The notes under the pieces were generated by a model that had not been told where the DNA came from, did no database searches, and saw only the letters and a list, made by a program, of their open reading frames with translations. DNA of 64,000 bases from Gammaproteobacteria bacterium. Lineage in GTDB: Bacteria > Pseudomonadota > Gammaproteobacteria > Ga0077536. The stretch is taken from positions 1,376,001 through 1,440,000 of the forward strand of contig CAXXLL010000002.1 in NCBI GenBank assembly GCA_963662545.2. Direction: 5' to 3'. How positions within the stretch are numbered: position 1 is the first letter of the stretch; every line of letters begins with the position of its first letter. Both the position numbers and the translations under genes were made by a program. This document shows, in pieces, positions 9,439 to 18,607 of the stretch.

Positions 9439-10866
9439 TTGAACCTGCTACACCATAATACTTTCAAGGACATGATGAACGACGTGGTCGACGCCGGCAC
9501 TTGCTGCGAATGCGGGGCCTGCGTGCTCGCATGTCCGCACAACGTCATCGAGTACATCGATGGCAAGCCGAAACAGACCGCGAAGGCCTCGGCGGCGTTC
9601 GATTTTTGTGGGGTGAGCGAAGGGCCAGGTTGCGACGTCTGCGCGGCGGTCTGCCCGCGGCTGTGGCCGCGCGAGGATCACCTGAGGAACGTCCAGTTCG
9701 GGAACGAGCGCCCCTACGAGGATATTTTCGGTGTGTTTCGCAATATCTTCGTCGCGCGCTCGACGCACCCTGAACTCGCGGAAGCCGGACAGGACGGCGG
9801 CATCGTGACGGCGTTGCTGGCGTGGGCCAGGGCGACGGACCGTATCGACGGTGCAATCGTCTCAGCGGTCGGGGAGAACGACGATCCCTGCATCCCGACG
9901 CCGAAGGTCGTTACCACCGTCGAAGAGATCAAGGCCACTACTGGCAGTTGGTATACCTACTGCTCCAATAATCTCGCGCTCGAAGAAGTCCGCACGAGGG
10001 ATTTGAAGAAAGTCGCCTTCGTCGGCGTCCCCTGTCAGATCACACCGCTCAGGAAGATGGAATTCATGGACCCGGGTTTCCTGGTTACGCGCAAGAAGAA
10101 AGTGAAGATCGTCGCGCGCCAACGTGGATTTCTGCGGGATTTCTCAGACCGCGTGGCGTTCAACATCGGCTTGTTCTGCACCAAGGTTTTTCGCCCCGAG
10201 CTCATGACCGAACGCATCGAAAAGCAGATGGGCATTCCCCTGGGCGAGATCAGACAGTTCAACGTTAAGAGCGAGGTACTGATTTATCTCAAGAACGGGG
10301 GGCTGGAGACGATTCCACTGAAAGAAGCCGTGACCGAGTACGAGCGGCTGGAATGCCGACACTGCGGCGATTTTTCGGCGGAACTCGCCGACATCGCTTG
10401 CGGCGGCGTCGGCACCGAACGCGCGACGATCGTGATCATTCGCACGCGCAAGGGTGAGGAGATCTGGCGGGATTTCGAAGCTGCCGGCCAGGTAGAAGTC
10501 GAGCCGATACGCGAGAACAAGCGCGCCTGGAACATCCTCCTGCGCTTGTCGCGGCGTCAGCGTGGCCGCGTTCCAGAAGGGGCGCCGCGCAGCGGTACCA
10601 CGGGCGGCCTTGCTCAGTACGCCGCCGATGTCGACGCGAGCTTGGCGGCGGGTAAATTGGTCGAAGGGATTCGTAGTGAAGAAGAACGAGGCGCCTGTTA
10701 CGACGCGGCATATGCAGGCGAAGCGCGGCCGACTGAAATCGTCGGGTACACCGCCGGTCAGCCGATTCCGGGTGACCCGGGCGCGCCGCCGCCCGGTGAG
10801 AAGCGCAAGCTGCCGCCGCCGCTGGCGCCTAAGGAAGGCGGTGCGGCGCCGGATCGTAGGGGCTAG
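9439..10866 (+). CDS. FrhB/FdhB-family protein (coenzyme F420 hydrogenase/dehydrogenase beta subunit-like) with N-terminal ferredoxin domain
   Basis: CCECGACVLACP and CDVCAAVCP; GQDGGIVTALL, VAFVGVPCQI, IGLFC, CRHCGDFSAELADIACGGVG. Confidence 0.87.
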   Translation: MNLLHHNTFKDMMNDVVDAGTCCECGACVLACPHNVIEYIDGKPKQTAKASAAFDFCGVSEGPGCDVCAAVCPRLWPREDHLRNVQFGNERPYEDIFGVFRNIFVARSTHPELAEAGQDGGIVTALLAWARATDRIDGAIVSAVGENDDPCIPTPKVVTTVEEIKATTGSWYTYCSNNLALEEVRTRDLKKVAFVGVPCQITPLRKMEFMDPGFLVTRKKKVKIVARQRGFLRDFSDRVAFNIGLFCTKVFRPELMTERIEKQMGIPLGEIRQFNVKSEVLIYLKNGGLETIPLKEAVTEYERLECRHCGDFSAELADIACGGVGTERATIVIIRTRKGEEIWRDFEAAGQVEVEPIRENKRAWNILLRLSRRQRGRVPEGAPRSGTTGGLAQYAADVDASLAAGKLVEGIRSEEERGACYDAAYAGEARPTEIVGYTAGQPIPGDPGAPPPGEKRKLPPPLAPKEGGAAPDRRG

Positions 10867-11173
10867 AAAGACTGTGGCGTTTTCGACCCGTGCGGGTCGC
10901 CGACGACCGGGGAGGTTCGAACCGCAGGGCGGATCGACGGTCTGATTAAAAGTGCCCGGGCCGCGCGGCTTGGTCACCGGGATTGGCCACCGCCCTTGCG
11001 GAAGCGGGCCTCCAAGCCGTCCAGTAAAGTCGGGTTGGAGCGTGCGCGCCCCTATGAACGGTATCCATATGCCTTTTCGTTATATATTTATTCTTAAACG
11101 CTATAATTAATTCGCGCATTCGAGCGGCACCGGCGGCGCCACCCGACGCCAATCGGATACGGAGGCATAGCGC

Positions 11174-11632
11174 GTGTCGATCAGCGTAAACTCAGGACGA
11201 TTCCGCATTTTCATTTTGCTTGCGGTTCTGTTTATCGCGACGTCATTGTCGGCACAGGAGTACCTCGTCGAGAACTTCGCCATTACGGAACCGTTGACAG
11301 GCGAAGCGGGCGATCCGGAGCGCGGCCAGTCCGTCATGATCGAGCGCGATCTCGGCAACTGCCTGGGTTGCCACGAAGTGCCGGTCGACGCCGAATTTTT
11401 CGGGACCACTGGACCCACGCTGGCCGGCGTGGGCGATCGCCTGACTCCAGCGCAACTTCGCTTGCGTCTCGTGGATTCCAAGCAGTTCAACCCAATGAGT
11501 ATGATGCCGTCTTATTACAAGACCGAAGGCTTGCACCGTGTGCAAAAAGAATTCGAGGGCAAGACCGTCCTGAGCGCGCAACAGATTGAGGACATCATTG
11601 CCTTTCTCGTGACGCTTAAACGTCAAAAATGA
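11174..11632 (+). CDS. soxX: Sulfur oxidation c-type cytochrome SoxX
   Basis: GDPERG...GNCLGCH heme motif, GPTLAGVGDR, NPMSMMPSYY; first gene of the sox cluster. Confidence 0.93.
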   Translation: MSISVNSGRFRIFILLAVLFIATSLSAQEYLVENFAITEPLTGEAGDPERGQSVMIERDLGNCLGCHEVPVDAEFFGTTGPTLAGVGDRLTPAQLRLRLVDSKQFNPMSMMPSYYKTEGLHRVQKEFEGKTVLSAQQIEDIIAFLVTLKRQK

Positions 11633-11670
11633 CGAGGCGACGGGGATTCGCCCGAACGAGGATTCGATCG

Positions 11671-12144
11671 ATGAATGATCAGAACGTTAATCTATGCGGC
11701 ATGACCCGGCGCCTGATGGTGGTGCGATCCGCGGCTTTAGCGGCCCTGCTCGCGAGCGGTATCGCCATCGGCGATGAACGCATCGAACGCGCGCGGGCCG
11801 CGATGAAGAAGCTCATCGGAGAACGCGCGATAGAAGACGGCGGGATCACTCTCAAGACGCCGTCGATTGCGGAAAACGGTAACACCGTACCGGTCAGCGT
11901 TGCCGTCGATGCGCCATTTACCGCGGATCGGTACGTCAAGGCAATACACCTCTTTGCCGAGGAGAATCCGGCGCCGGAAGTAGCGAGCTTCTTCTTCACG
12001 CGCGCCAGCGGCAAGGCCAGCGCGTCCACACGTATCCGGCTTGCTAAAACGCAGCGAGTGATCGCCATCGCCGAATTCTCGGACGGACGCATTCTGCGTA
12101 CCGCGAACGAAGTCAAGGTCACCATCGGCGGCTGCGGCGGCTGA
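11671..12144 (+). CDS. soxY: Sulfur carrier protein SoxY
   Basis: PSIAENGNTVPV, ENPAPEVA, C-terminal VKVTIGGCGG swinging arm; twin-arginine-like leader. Confidence 0.96.
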   Translation: MNDQNVNLCGMTRRLMVVRSAALAALLASGIAIGDERIERARAAMKKLIGERAIEDGGITLKTPSIAENGNTVPVSVAVDAPFTADRYVKAIHLFAEENPAPEVASFFFTRASGKASASTRIRLAKTQRVIAIAEFSDGRILRTANEVKVTIGGCGG

Positions 12145-12161
12145 AGCCGGAGGTATAAACC

Positions 12162-12488
12162 ATGGCGAAACCAAGGGTCAAGATCTCCAAGAAGATCAAA
12201 AAGGCCGAACCTTTTGAAGTTAAAACCCTGATTTCGCACAAGATGGAATCGGGCCAGCGGAAGAACGAGGAAACCGGGGAAAATTTTCCAAGAAAGATCA
12301 TCAATACTTTTATTTGCAAACTCGACGGCGAAGAAGTATTCCGAGTAAAACTATATCCTGCTGTTTCTGCTAACCCGTTCCTTTCGTTCTACGTGACGGC
12401 CGAAAAAAGCGGTGAACTCGAGTTCATCTGGATCGAGGACGACGGTACCGAAACGCAGTACAAAAAAAGCTTCGAGGTTCCTGCTTGA
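12162..12488 (+). CDS. soxZ: Sulfur carrier partner SoxZ
   Basis: VKTLISHKMESGQRK, PRKIINTF, PAVSANPFLSF. Confidence 0.95.
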   Translation: MAKPRVKISKKIKKAEPFEVKTLISHKMESGQRKNEETGENFPRKIINTFICKLDGEEVFRVKLYPAVSANPFLSFYVTAEKSGELEFIWIEDDGTETQYKKSFEVPA

Positions 12489-13288
12489 AGCGTCAAACCG
12501 TTTTGTTTTGCTTGAGTGTGGCAGCAGGCAATTTAATGAACACCGCGAATGCTGCGGATACGGAGGATTGGAGCAGTTTCCAGGTTAAGGACCGGCGTAG
12601 CGGTTATACTTATGCGCGCGTCGAAACGCGTGCAATCCAGGACGACGATTTTGACAACCCCGGTTACATCTGGGTCGAAAATGGCGCGGAGTTATGGGCA
12701 ACACAGGACGGCAGTAAGGGGAAGTCATGTATGGATTGCCACGACGATGCGGCCGCGTCGATGCGTAGCGTCGGCGCGACCTATCCGGTCTATCTCCCGC
12801 AAAGCAAAAAATTAATCAATATCGAAAACCGGATCAATCAGTGCCGGACCGCGCAGATGGGGGCAAGCGCCTGGGCGTGGGACACCGAGCCGCTGCTCGC
12901 CATGACGGCTTTCATAAAAAATCAATCGAAGGGGATGGCAGTCAGCCCCCAGATCGACGGTCCGGCGGCACCGTTTTTCGAAGCGGGCAAGGCGTTCTAT
13001 CACCAACGCCGCGGACAGCTCGACCTGGCTTGCCTACATTGCCATGAAATGAATCACGGCCGCATGCTCCGCGCCCAGCGCCTGAGTCAGGGCATGTCGA
13101 ACGGGTTTCCGACCTACCGGCTCAAGTGGCAGACGCTGGGATCCTTACACCGGCGTTTTCGCGGGTGCAACCGCCAAGTCCGGGCCATACCCTACGCAGC
13201 CGGCGCCGACGAATACGTGAATCTGGAACTGTATCTGGCCTGGCGCGCACGTGGTTTACCGGTGGAGACCCCGGCTGTGCGTAACTGA
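12485..13288 (+). CDS. soxA: Diheme sulfur oxidation cytochrome SoxA
   Basis: Two heme motifs (CMDCH, CLHCH), RRGQLDLAC, GFPTYRLKW, RRFRGC, PAVR. Confidence 0.95.
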   Translation: MKRQTVLFCLSVAAGNLMNTANAADTEDWSSFQVKDRRSGYTYARVETRAIQDDDFDNPGYIWVENGAELWATQDGSKGKSCMDCHDDAAASMRSVGATYPVYLPQSKKLINIENRINQCRTAQMGASAWAWDTEPLLAMTAFIKNQSKGMAVSPQIDGPAAPFFEAGKAFYHQRRGQLDLACLHCHEMNHGRMLRAQRLSQGMSNGFPTYRLKWQTLGSLHRRFRGCNRQVRAIPYAAGADEYVNLELYLAWRARGLPVETPAVRN

Positions 13289-14973
13289 TGTTGGACCGGC
13301 GATCGTTCCTGCAGGTCGCTCTGGCGCTTGGAGCCTGTGGGACGGCGCCGGGCTCGGTCTCGCGGGCGATGGCGACCCAGGCGCTGAAACAGTCTCAATT
13401 GCTGCGCTTCGATGCACTGGGTCAGGTCACCTTGCTCCATTTCACCGACATCCACGCCCAGCTCAAACCACTTTTTTTCCGTGAACCCTCGGTCAACATT
13501 GGTGTCGGCGACGTCGCCCGCAAGCCGCCCCATCTCACCGGCAGGGAATACCTCGATCATTACGGTATAGAACCGCGCAGCGCGCTCGCGCATGCTTTGA
13601 CTGCGGAAGACTTCGCGGCGCTCGCAATGGCCTACGGGCGGGTCGGCGGCGTTGATCGACTGGCGACCTTGATCTACGCGATCCGCGCTGAGCGCGAGCA
13701 CAAGACCTTGTTGCTCGACGGCGGTGATACCTGGCAGGGCTCTTACACCGCGCTGGCGACGCAGGGTGCCGACATGGTGCGGGTCATGAACGCCCTGGGC
13801 GTCGACGCGATGACCGCGCATTGGGAATACACCTACGGTCAGGCGCGCGTCGAACAACTGATCAAATCACTGAATTTCCCGCTGCTGGCCGGCAATGTCT
13901 TCGACAACGAATGGAACGAAGCGGTATTCGATTCGACCGCTTATTTCGAACGGGGCGGCGTCAAGATAGCGGTGATCGGACAGGCCTTTCCGTATACGCC
14001 GATCGCCAACCCGCGCTACAAGATTCCGAACTGGTCATTCGGCGTGCGCGAAGACGTCGTCCGCAACAACGTTGCGGCGGCACGTGCAGAGGGTGCTGAA
14101 CTGGTGGTGCTCTTGAGTCACAACGGATTTGATGTCGATCGCAAACTCGCGGGGCGCACTCAAGGGATTGACGTCATCCTGACCGGACATACGCATGATG
14201 CGCTGCCGGCGGTCGTGGAAGTCAATAAGACGCTGCTGATCGCGTCGGGATCCCACGGCAAGTTTCTTTCGCGGCTCGATCTCGAGGTTAAAAAGGGCCG
14301 TGTTACCGATTACCGATTTCGACTGATTCCCGTATTTTCCGACGCGATCACGCCGGATCCCGGCATGCAGGCCCTGGTCGAGGAGATTCGTGCTCCGTAC
14401 CGCGGGAAACTCGATCGGGTGTTGGGCGAAACCCAGTCGCTGCTATACCGGCGTGGCAACCTCAACGGCACCTTTGACGACTTGATCCTGGCGGCGATCC
14501 GCGAAGCGCGCGACGCCGAAATCGCGCTGTCTCCGGGTTTTCGCTGGGGCGCAAGCCTGGTGCCGGGGCAAAACATCACGGTCGATGACGTCTACAATCA
14601 AACGGCAATTACCTATCCGGAGGTGTACCGAACGACGATGACCGGCGCGCGCCTCAAGGCAGTGCTCGAGGATGTTGCCGATAACCTGTTCAATCCCGAT
14701 CCTTACTATCAACAGGGGGGCGACATGGTTCGAGTCGCCGGTCTCGCTTATCGCCTGCGGGTTAACGCGCCGGCCGGACGGCGCATCGAGCAGTTGTCGA
14801 TAATGCCCAGCGGCGCACTGATAGATGCCTCGCGCGAGTATGTCGTGACGGGGTGGGCGTCGGTTAATGAAGACGTCGAGGGCCCTCCCGTCTACGATAT
14901 CGTGAGCGGCTATATTGAGTCCTTGGGCAAGGCCGTGCGGATCGCACCAAATGATGCCGTGCAGATCGTGTGA
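13288..14973 (+). CDS. soxB: Thiosulfohydrolase SoxB
   Basis: Tat signal DRRSFL; LLHFTDIHAQL, LLDGGDTWQGS, LLSHNGFDVD, TGHTHD, DPYYQQGGDMVR. Confidence 0.97.
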   Translation: MLDRRSFLQVALALGACGTAPGSVSRAMATQALKQSQLLRFDALGQVTLLHFTDIHAQLKPLFFREPSVNIGVGDVARKPPHLTGREYLDHYGIEPRSALAHALTAEDFAALAMAYGRVGGVDRLATLIYAIRAEREHKTLLLDGGDTWQGSYTALATQGADMVRVMNALGVDAMTAHWEYTYGQARVEQLIKSLNFPLLAGNVFDNEWNEAVFDSTAYFERGGVKIAVIGQAFPYTPIANPRYKIPNWSFGVREDVVRNNVAAARAEGAELVVLLSHNGFDVDRKLAGRTQGIDVILTGHTHDALPAVVEVNKTLLIASGSHGKFLSRLDLEVKKGRVTDYRFRLIPVFSDAITPDPGMQALVEEIRAPYRGKLDRVLGETQSLLYRRGNLNGTFDDLILAAIREARDAEIALSPGFRWGASLVPGQNITVDDVYNQTAITYPEVYRTTMTGARLKAVLEDVADNLFNPDPYYQQGGDMVRVAGLAYRLRVNAPAGRRIEQLSIMPSGALIDASREYVVTGWASVNEDVEGPPVYDIVSGYIESLGKAVRIAPNDAVQIV

Positions 14974-14998
14974 CCCGCCGGCCAAAGCAGATCCGGGA

Positions 14999-16054
14999 TC
15001 ACGCAGGCCCTCTCGCCGGTTTGAAACCGCTGAAAAGTGAAGGCAGGGCGCGGATGTCCTGCACCAGGTCCGGCGGCATATCGGAAGGATGTTCGGCGCT
15101 TGCGCTCGCTTGCAGCGCGTCGCTCATGCCCGCAAAACGCCGTTCGATGGCCTGTGCGATTTGATCGTGACGCCCGATTGCCGTACAGGCTTGCAGCAGT
15201 TCGTCCGGGACCGCGCCGGCCAGTCGATCCCATTCGCCCCGCTTCGTCATCTCGTTCAGTCGCGGACCGAGATCAGTGTAACCCTCTGCTTGCAGCACGG
15301 GCCAGTATGCCGGTGTCGATGCGTAGAATCCGATCCGATATCGCACCCATTCGGTCATCCGTCGCACGGCGTGATCGTCCGGCCCGGTCGCGATGAAACC
15401 GCCGCCGTTAATCTCGAAATGCTCGCGCGGTTTTCCGCTTTTGGCGAGGCCGCGCTCGAGCTGTGGGGCGATGGTTTGGTCGAAGTACTTGCGCGTGCAG
15501 AACGGGTGGAGTCTGAGACCGTCGCCGACTTCGCCCGCGAGCCGGACCATCGACGGTCCGACAGCGGCGATGGTGACTGGCGGCGCCGGAAGGGGTGACT
15601 CTTCGGGCACGAAATTGGGCGGCATCAAAGTGAAACGATAATGTTCTCCCTCGAAGCAAAGTTTCTCTCCGGTTTTCCAGGTGTGCCAGATAGCATGCAG
15701 GGATTGGACGTACTCGCGCATGCGCGGTACCGGCGGACCCCAGGGTACGCTGAAGCGTTTTTCGTTGTGCGCTCGGATCTGGGTGCCGAGGCCCAAGGTG
15801 AACCGGCCCCCGGACGCCTCGTTCAAGTCCCAGCTGATATGGGCGGTCGACATGGGTGACCTTACAAATGCGAGCGCAATACCGGTTGAAAGCTCGATGT
15901 CACGCGTTGAGGTTGCCGCCACGGCCAGCGGCAGGAAGGGGTCGTGACGATTTTCCAGCGTGCAAATGCCGGTAAACCCGCTGGCCTCCATGGCCTCGGC
16001 GCCCGTTTTCGACGCCTGGAGATTATGCTGCGGGATGGTGGTGAAGATGCGCAT
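14999..16054 (-). CDS. LLM-class probable F420-dependent oxidoreductase
   Basis: ENRHDPFLPLA, IALAFVRSPM, GRFTLGLGTQIRAHNEKRFSVPW, IGFYASTPAY; this pattern matches F420-associated LLM subfamilies. Confidence 0.85.
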   Translation of the reverse strand: MRIFTTIPQHNLQASKTGAEAMEASGFTGICTLENRHDPFLPLAVAATSTRDIELSTGIALAFVRSPMSTAHISWDLNEASGGRFTLGLGTQIRAHNEKRFSVPWGPPVPRMREYVQSLHAIWHTWKTGEKLCFEGEHYRFTLMPPNFVPEESPLPAPPVTIAAVGPSMVRLAGEVGDGLRLHPFCTRKYFDQTIAPQLERGLAKSGKPREHFEINGGGFIATGPDDHAVRRMTEWVRYRIGFYASTPAYWPVLQAEGYTDLGPRLNEMTKRGEWDRLAGAVPDELLQACTAIGRHDQIAQAIERRFAGMSDALQASASAEHPSDMPPDLVQDIRALPSLFSGFKPARGPA

Positions 16055-16161
16055 GGTCAGAGTTTTCCTGAATGAAAAAATATATCTGCGATCCGGCTTT
16101 TTACGGATACCTAGACTCGTCGCATACTGTAGGGTAACGAGATGAGATTAAGGAGAGGGTA

Positions 16162-17160
16162 ATGAGAACGATTAGTCCCGTGGGGATCATTCAAATAGTG
16201 GTTCTGGCAATTCTGTATTCGCTTGCATCGCCGGTTATCGCGACCGGCGATCGCGGCGCACCGCGCAAGGACGCCATCTGGAACTGGACGCCGGAACAGA
16301 TCATCAAGCATGTAAGTACCGTGCGTGCGGGCCGCGACCTCTCGCCTGAGAGTTGGCCCGACGGCGCGCGCGTTGCCGTCACCTTTTCCTTCGATATCGA
16401 TACCGAGCCGGTCTGGATCGGCTTCCAGGAGCAATCGAGCCCATCGTACATGTCGCGCGGGGAGTACGGCGCGCGTACCGGTCAAGCCCGCGTTCTCGCG
16501 CTGCTGGAGAAACACAAGATTCCCGCCACATTTTTCATTCCCGCGATGACCATGGAACTGCATCCGGAGGTCGTGCCCGAGTTGCTGAAACATCCGCACT
16601 ACGAAATTGGATTTCACTCCTATGTACACGAAAATCCGATGCGCTTGAATGAACGGGACGAACGGCGCGTGTATAAGCAGGCCATGGAAATATTTGAAAA
16701 ACACGTCGGTCGTAAGCCGGTAGGCTTCCGCTCCGCGGCCTGGGATCTAACGGAGTCGACCATCAAGATCGTCAAGGAGATGGGGTTTCTTTATGAAAGC
16801 AGCATGATGGCGGACGAAAGACCCTACATGCTGACGTCCGATGGCAAGGAGACGGGCATCATCGAATTGCCCGTGGAATGGATCCTGGACGACTGGCCGC
16901 TGTTTCAGATCAGCTGGCCGTCGAAGCACGTCGCCATACGCAACGCCGAAGACGTACTGTCCATCTGGAGGGACGAGTTCGATGTTGCCCACGAGGAAGG
17001 TACCCTGTTCCTGCTGACTATGCATCCGCAGGTTATCGGTCATCGCTACCGCATCAAGATGCTCGATAAACTCATCACCCACATGAAGAACAAGGGCGAT
17101 GTATGGTTCGCGACCCACGAAGCCGTCGCGCGTCACGTCAAGGAGCAGGCGGGGTTATAA
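16162..17160 (+). CDS. Exported polysaccharide deacetylase-family (PuuE/PgdA-like) hydrolase
   Basis: Signal peptide; WPDGARVAVTFSFDID, SRGEYG, ATFFIP, HSYVHE, TMHPQVIG. Confidence 0.87.
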   Translation: MRTISPVGIIQIVVLAILYSLASPVIATGDRGAPRKDAIWNWTPEQIIKHVSTVRAGRDLSPESWPDGARVAVTFSFDIDTEPVWIGFQEQSSPSYMSRGEYGARTGQARVLALLEKHKIPATFFIPAMTMELHPEVVPELLKHPHYEIGFHSYVHENPMRLNERDERRVYKQAMEIFEKHVGRKPVGFRSAAWDLTESTIKIVKEMGFLYESSMMADERPYMLTSDGKETGIIELPVEWILDDWPLFQISWPSKHVAIRNAEDVLSIWRDEFDVAHEEGTLFLLTMHPQVIGHRYRIKMLDKLITHMKNKGDVWFATHEAVARHVKEQAGL

Positions 17161-17184
17161 ACAAAATCGGGAAGCGGAACAAAA

Positions 17185-17805
17185 ATGCCTACGGTCACGC
17201 ATTACTTCGACTACAAGAGTCCCTATGCCTACCTGGCTCAGGAAGCCACGTTCGAATTGTCGGAACTGCCGGAGGTGACGGTCGAATTTCTCCCGTATAC
17301 GCTGCAGATACCCAAGTACCTCGGCACCGCTGAACTCGACGCCGACGGCCGTGATACCGTCGGCACCCGCAATGACCACCAGTGGCGACGTGTCAGATAT
17401 GCCTACATGGACTGCCGCCGCGAAGCCAATCGACGCGGGCTGACCATTCGGGGGCCGCGTAAGATATTCGACAGCACGATCTCGCATATCGCTTATCTTT
17501 TCGTGCGGAATATGGGTGATTTTCGCACCTTCCACGATGCCGTGTTCGAGCGCTTCTGGCGGCGCGAACTCGACATCGAGGATCGCGGCAGCCTTGCCAC
17601 GCTGATCTCGGAAACCGGATTCGATGCCGACGAGTTCGAGGAATATCTTGCGGGCGACGGACCCGCGGCGCTCGAGCGCATCATCGAGGAAGCCGAGGCC
17701 GCCGGTGTATTCGGCGTGCCGGGCTATCTTGTCGACGGCGATCTTTTTTGGGGCCTTGAGCGTTTGCCGCGCGTCCGCGAGAAGCTTGGTATTGCGTCCA
17801 AGTAG
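17185..17805 (+). CDS. DsbA-family 2-hydroxychromene-2-carboxylate isomerase / kappa-GST-like protein
   Basis: YFDYKSPYAYLA ... GVFGVPGYLVDGDLFWGLERL. Confidence 0.87.
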   Translation: MPTVTHYFDYKSPYAYLAQEATFELSELPEVTVEFLPYTLQIPKYLGTAELDADGRDTVGTRNDHQWRRVRYAYMDCRREANRRGLTIRGPRKIFDSTISHIAYLFVRNMGDFRTFHDAVFERFWRRELDIEDRGSLATLISETGFDADEFEEYLAGDGPAALERIIEEAEAAGVFGVPGYLVDGDLFWGLERLPRVREKLGIASK

Positions 17806-17847
17806 GCGCCGCCGTCAAGCCGAACGACACTGCTACTCTGCGTCTTC

Positions 17848-18534
17848 ATGAACGCGCCCGCCATTACCCACCGGGAACCTTGTCTGCGGCCGTCCGAGGT
17901 CATCGATTCAGATCACGAGATCGTCGCCGCCTAAATCGAGCGCCACACGGCCGGATGCCCCGACGATCGGGCCAGGGCCGTCGCGCTGTACTATGCCGTG
18001 AGGGACGGTATTCGATACGACGCCTACTGTATCGACCTGTCGCCGGCGGGTCTGCGGGCGAGCAGTACGCTCGCGGCCGGGCGCGGCTGGTGTGTTAGCA
18101 AGGCCATTGCATTGACCGCCTGCTGCCGGGCGGCGGGCATACCCGCCGGCCTCGGCTTCGCCGATGTCCAAAATCACCTCTCCACCGAACGAATGCGGCG
18201 AATCATGGGGACTAACGTGTTTGTCTGGCACGGTTACAGCTCGATATGGCTGGAAGACCAATGGCTCAAGGCAACGCCGGCATTCAATCGCGAACTGTGC
18301 GATAAGTTTCGTATTCTGCCACTCGAATTCGACGGCCGGGAAGATTCGATCTTTCACGCCTTTGACCGCGAGGGCCACGAACATATGGAGTACCTCGCCT
18401 ACCGGGGCGAGTTCGCCGAGGTACCGATCACAGCGCTCCAGGTGGATTTCGCCGCGCATTATGCACGCTTGATGAAGTCGATCACCAATGGAGATTTCGA
18501 TCAGGAAGTGGCGGTGGAAACCGGCGCAGATTGA
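17848..18534 (+). pseudogene. Transglutaminase-like protein with a premature in-frame TAA
   Basis: ATG 17848 reads MNAPA...LRPSEVIDSDHEIVAA-TAA(17932-17934)-IERHTAG...AVALYYAVRDGIRYD...GWCVSKA...HGY...WLKATP in one frame. Confidence 0.75.
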
Positions 18535-18607
18535 ACTATCCCGGAAAACAGTAGCCAAGCGCCCAGTGGCTGCTCGAAGACGCCCTTTACGCGGAAACGG
18601 CGTGTCC

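Noticed and set aside
11078-11100. ModE box upstream of soxX (CGTTATATA...AAACG)
   Set aside because: Only the left half-site matches and the spacing is one base short. It may just be an AT-rich promoter with TATAAT at 11102.
17932-17934. Recoding of the stop codon in the transglutaminase gene
   Set aside because: The codon is TAA, it is not at a catalytic Cys position, and TAA ends other genes in the window.
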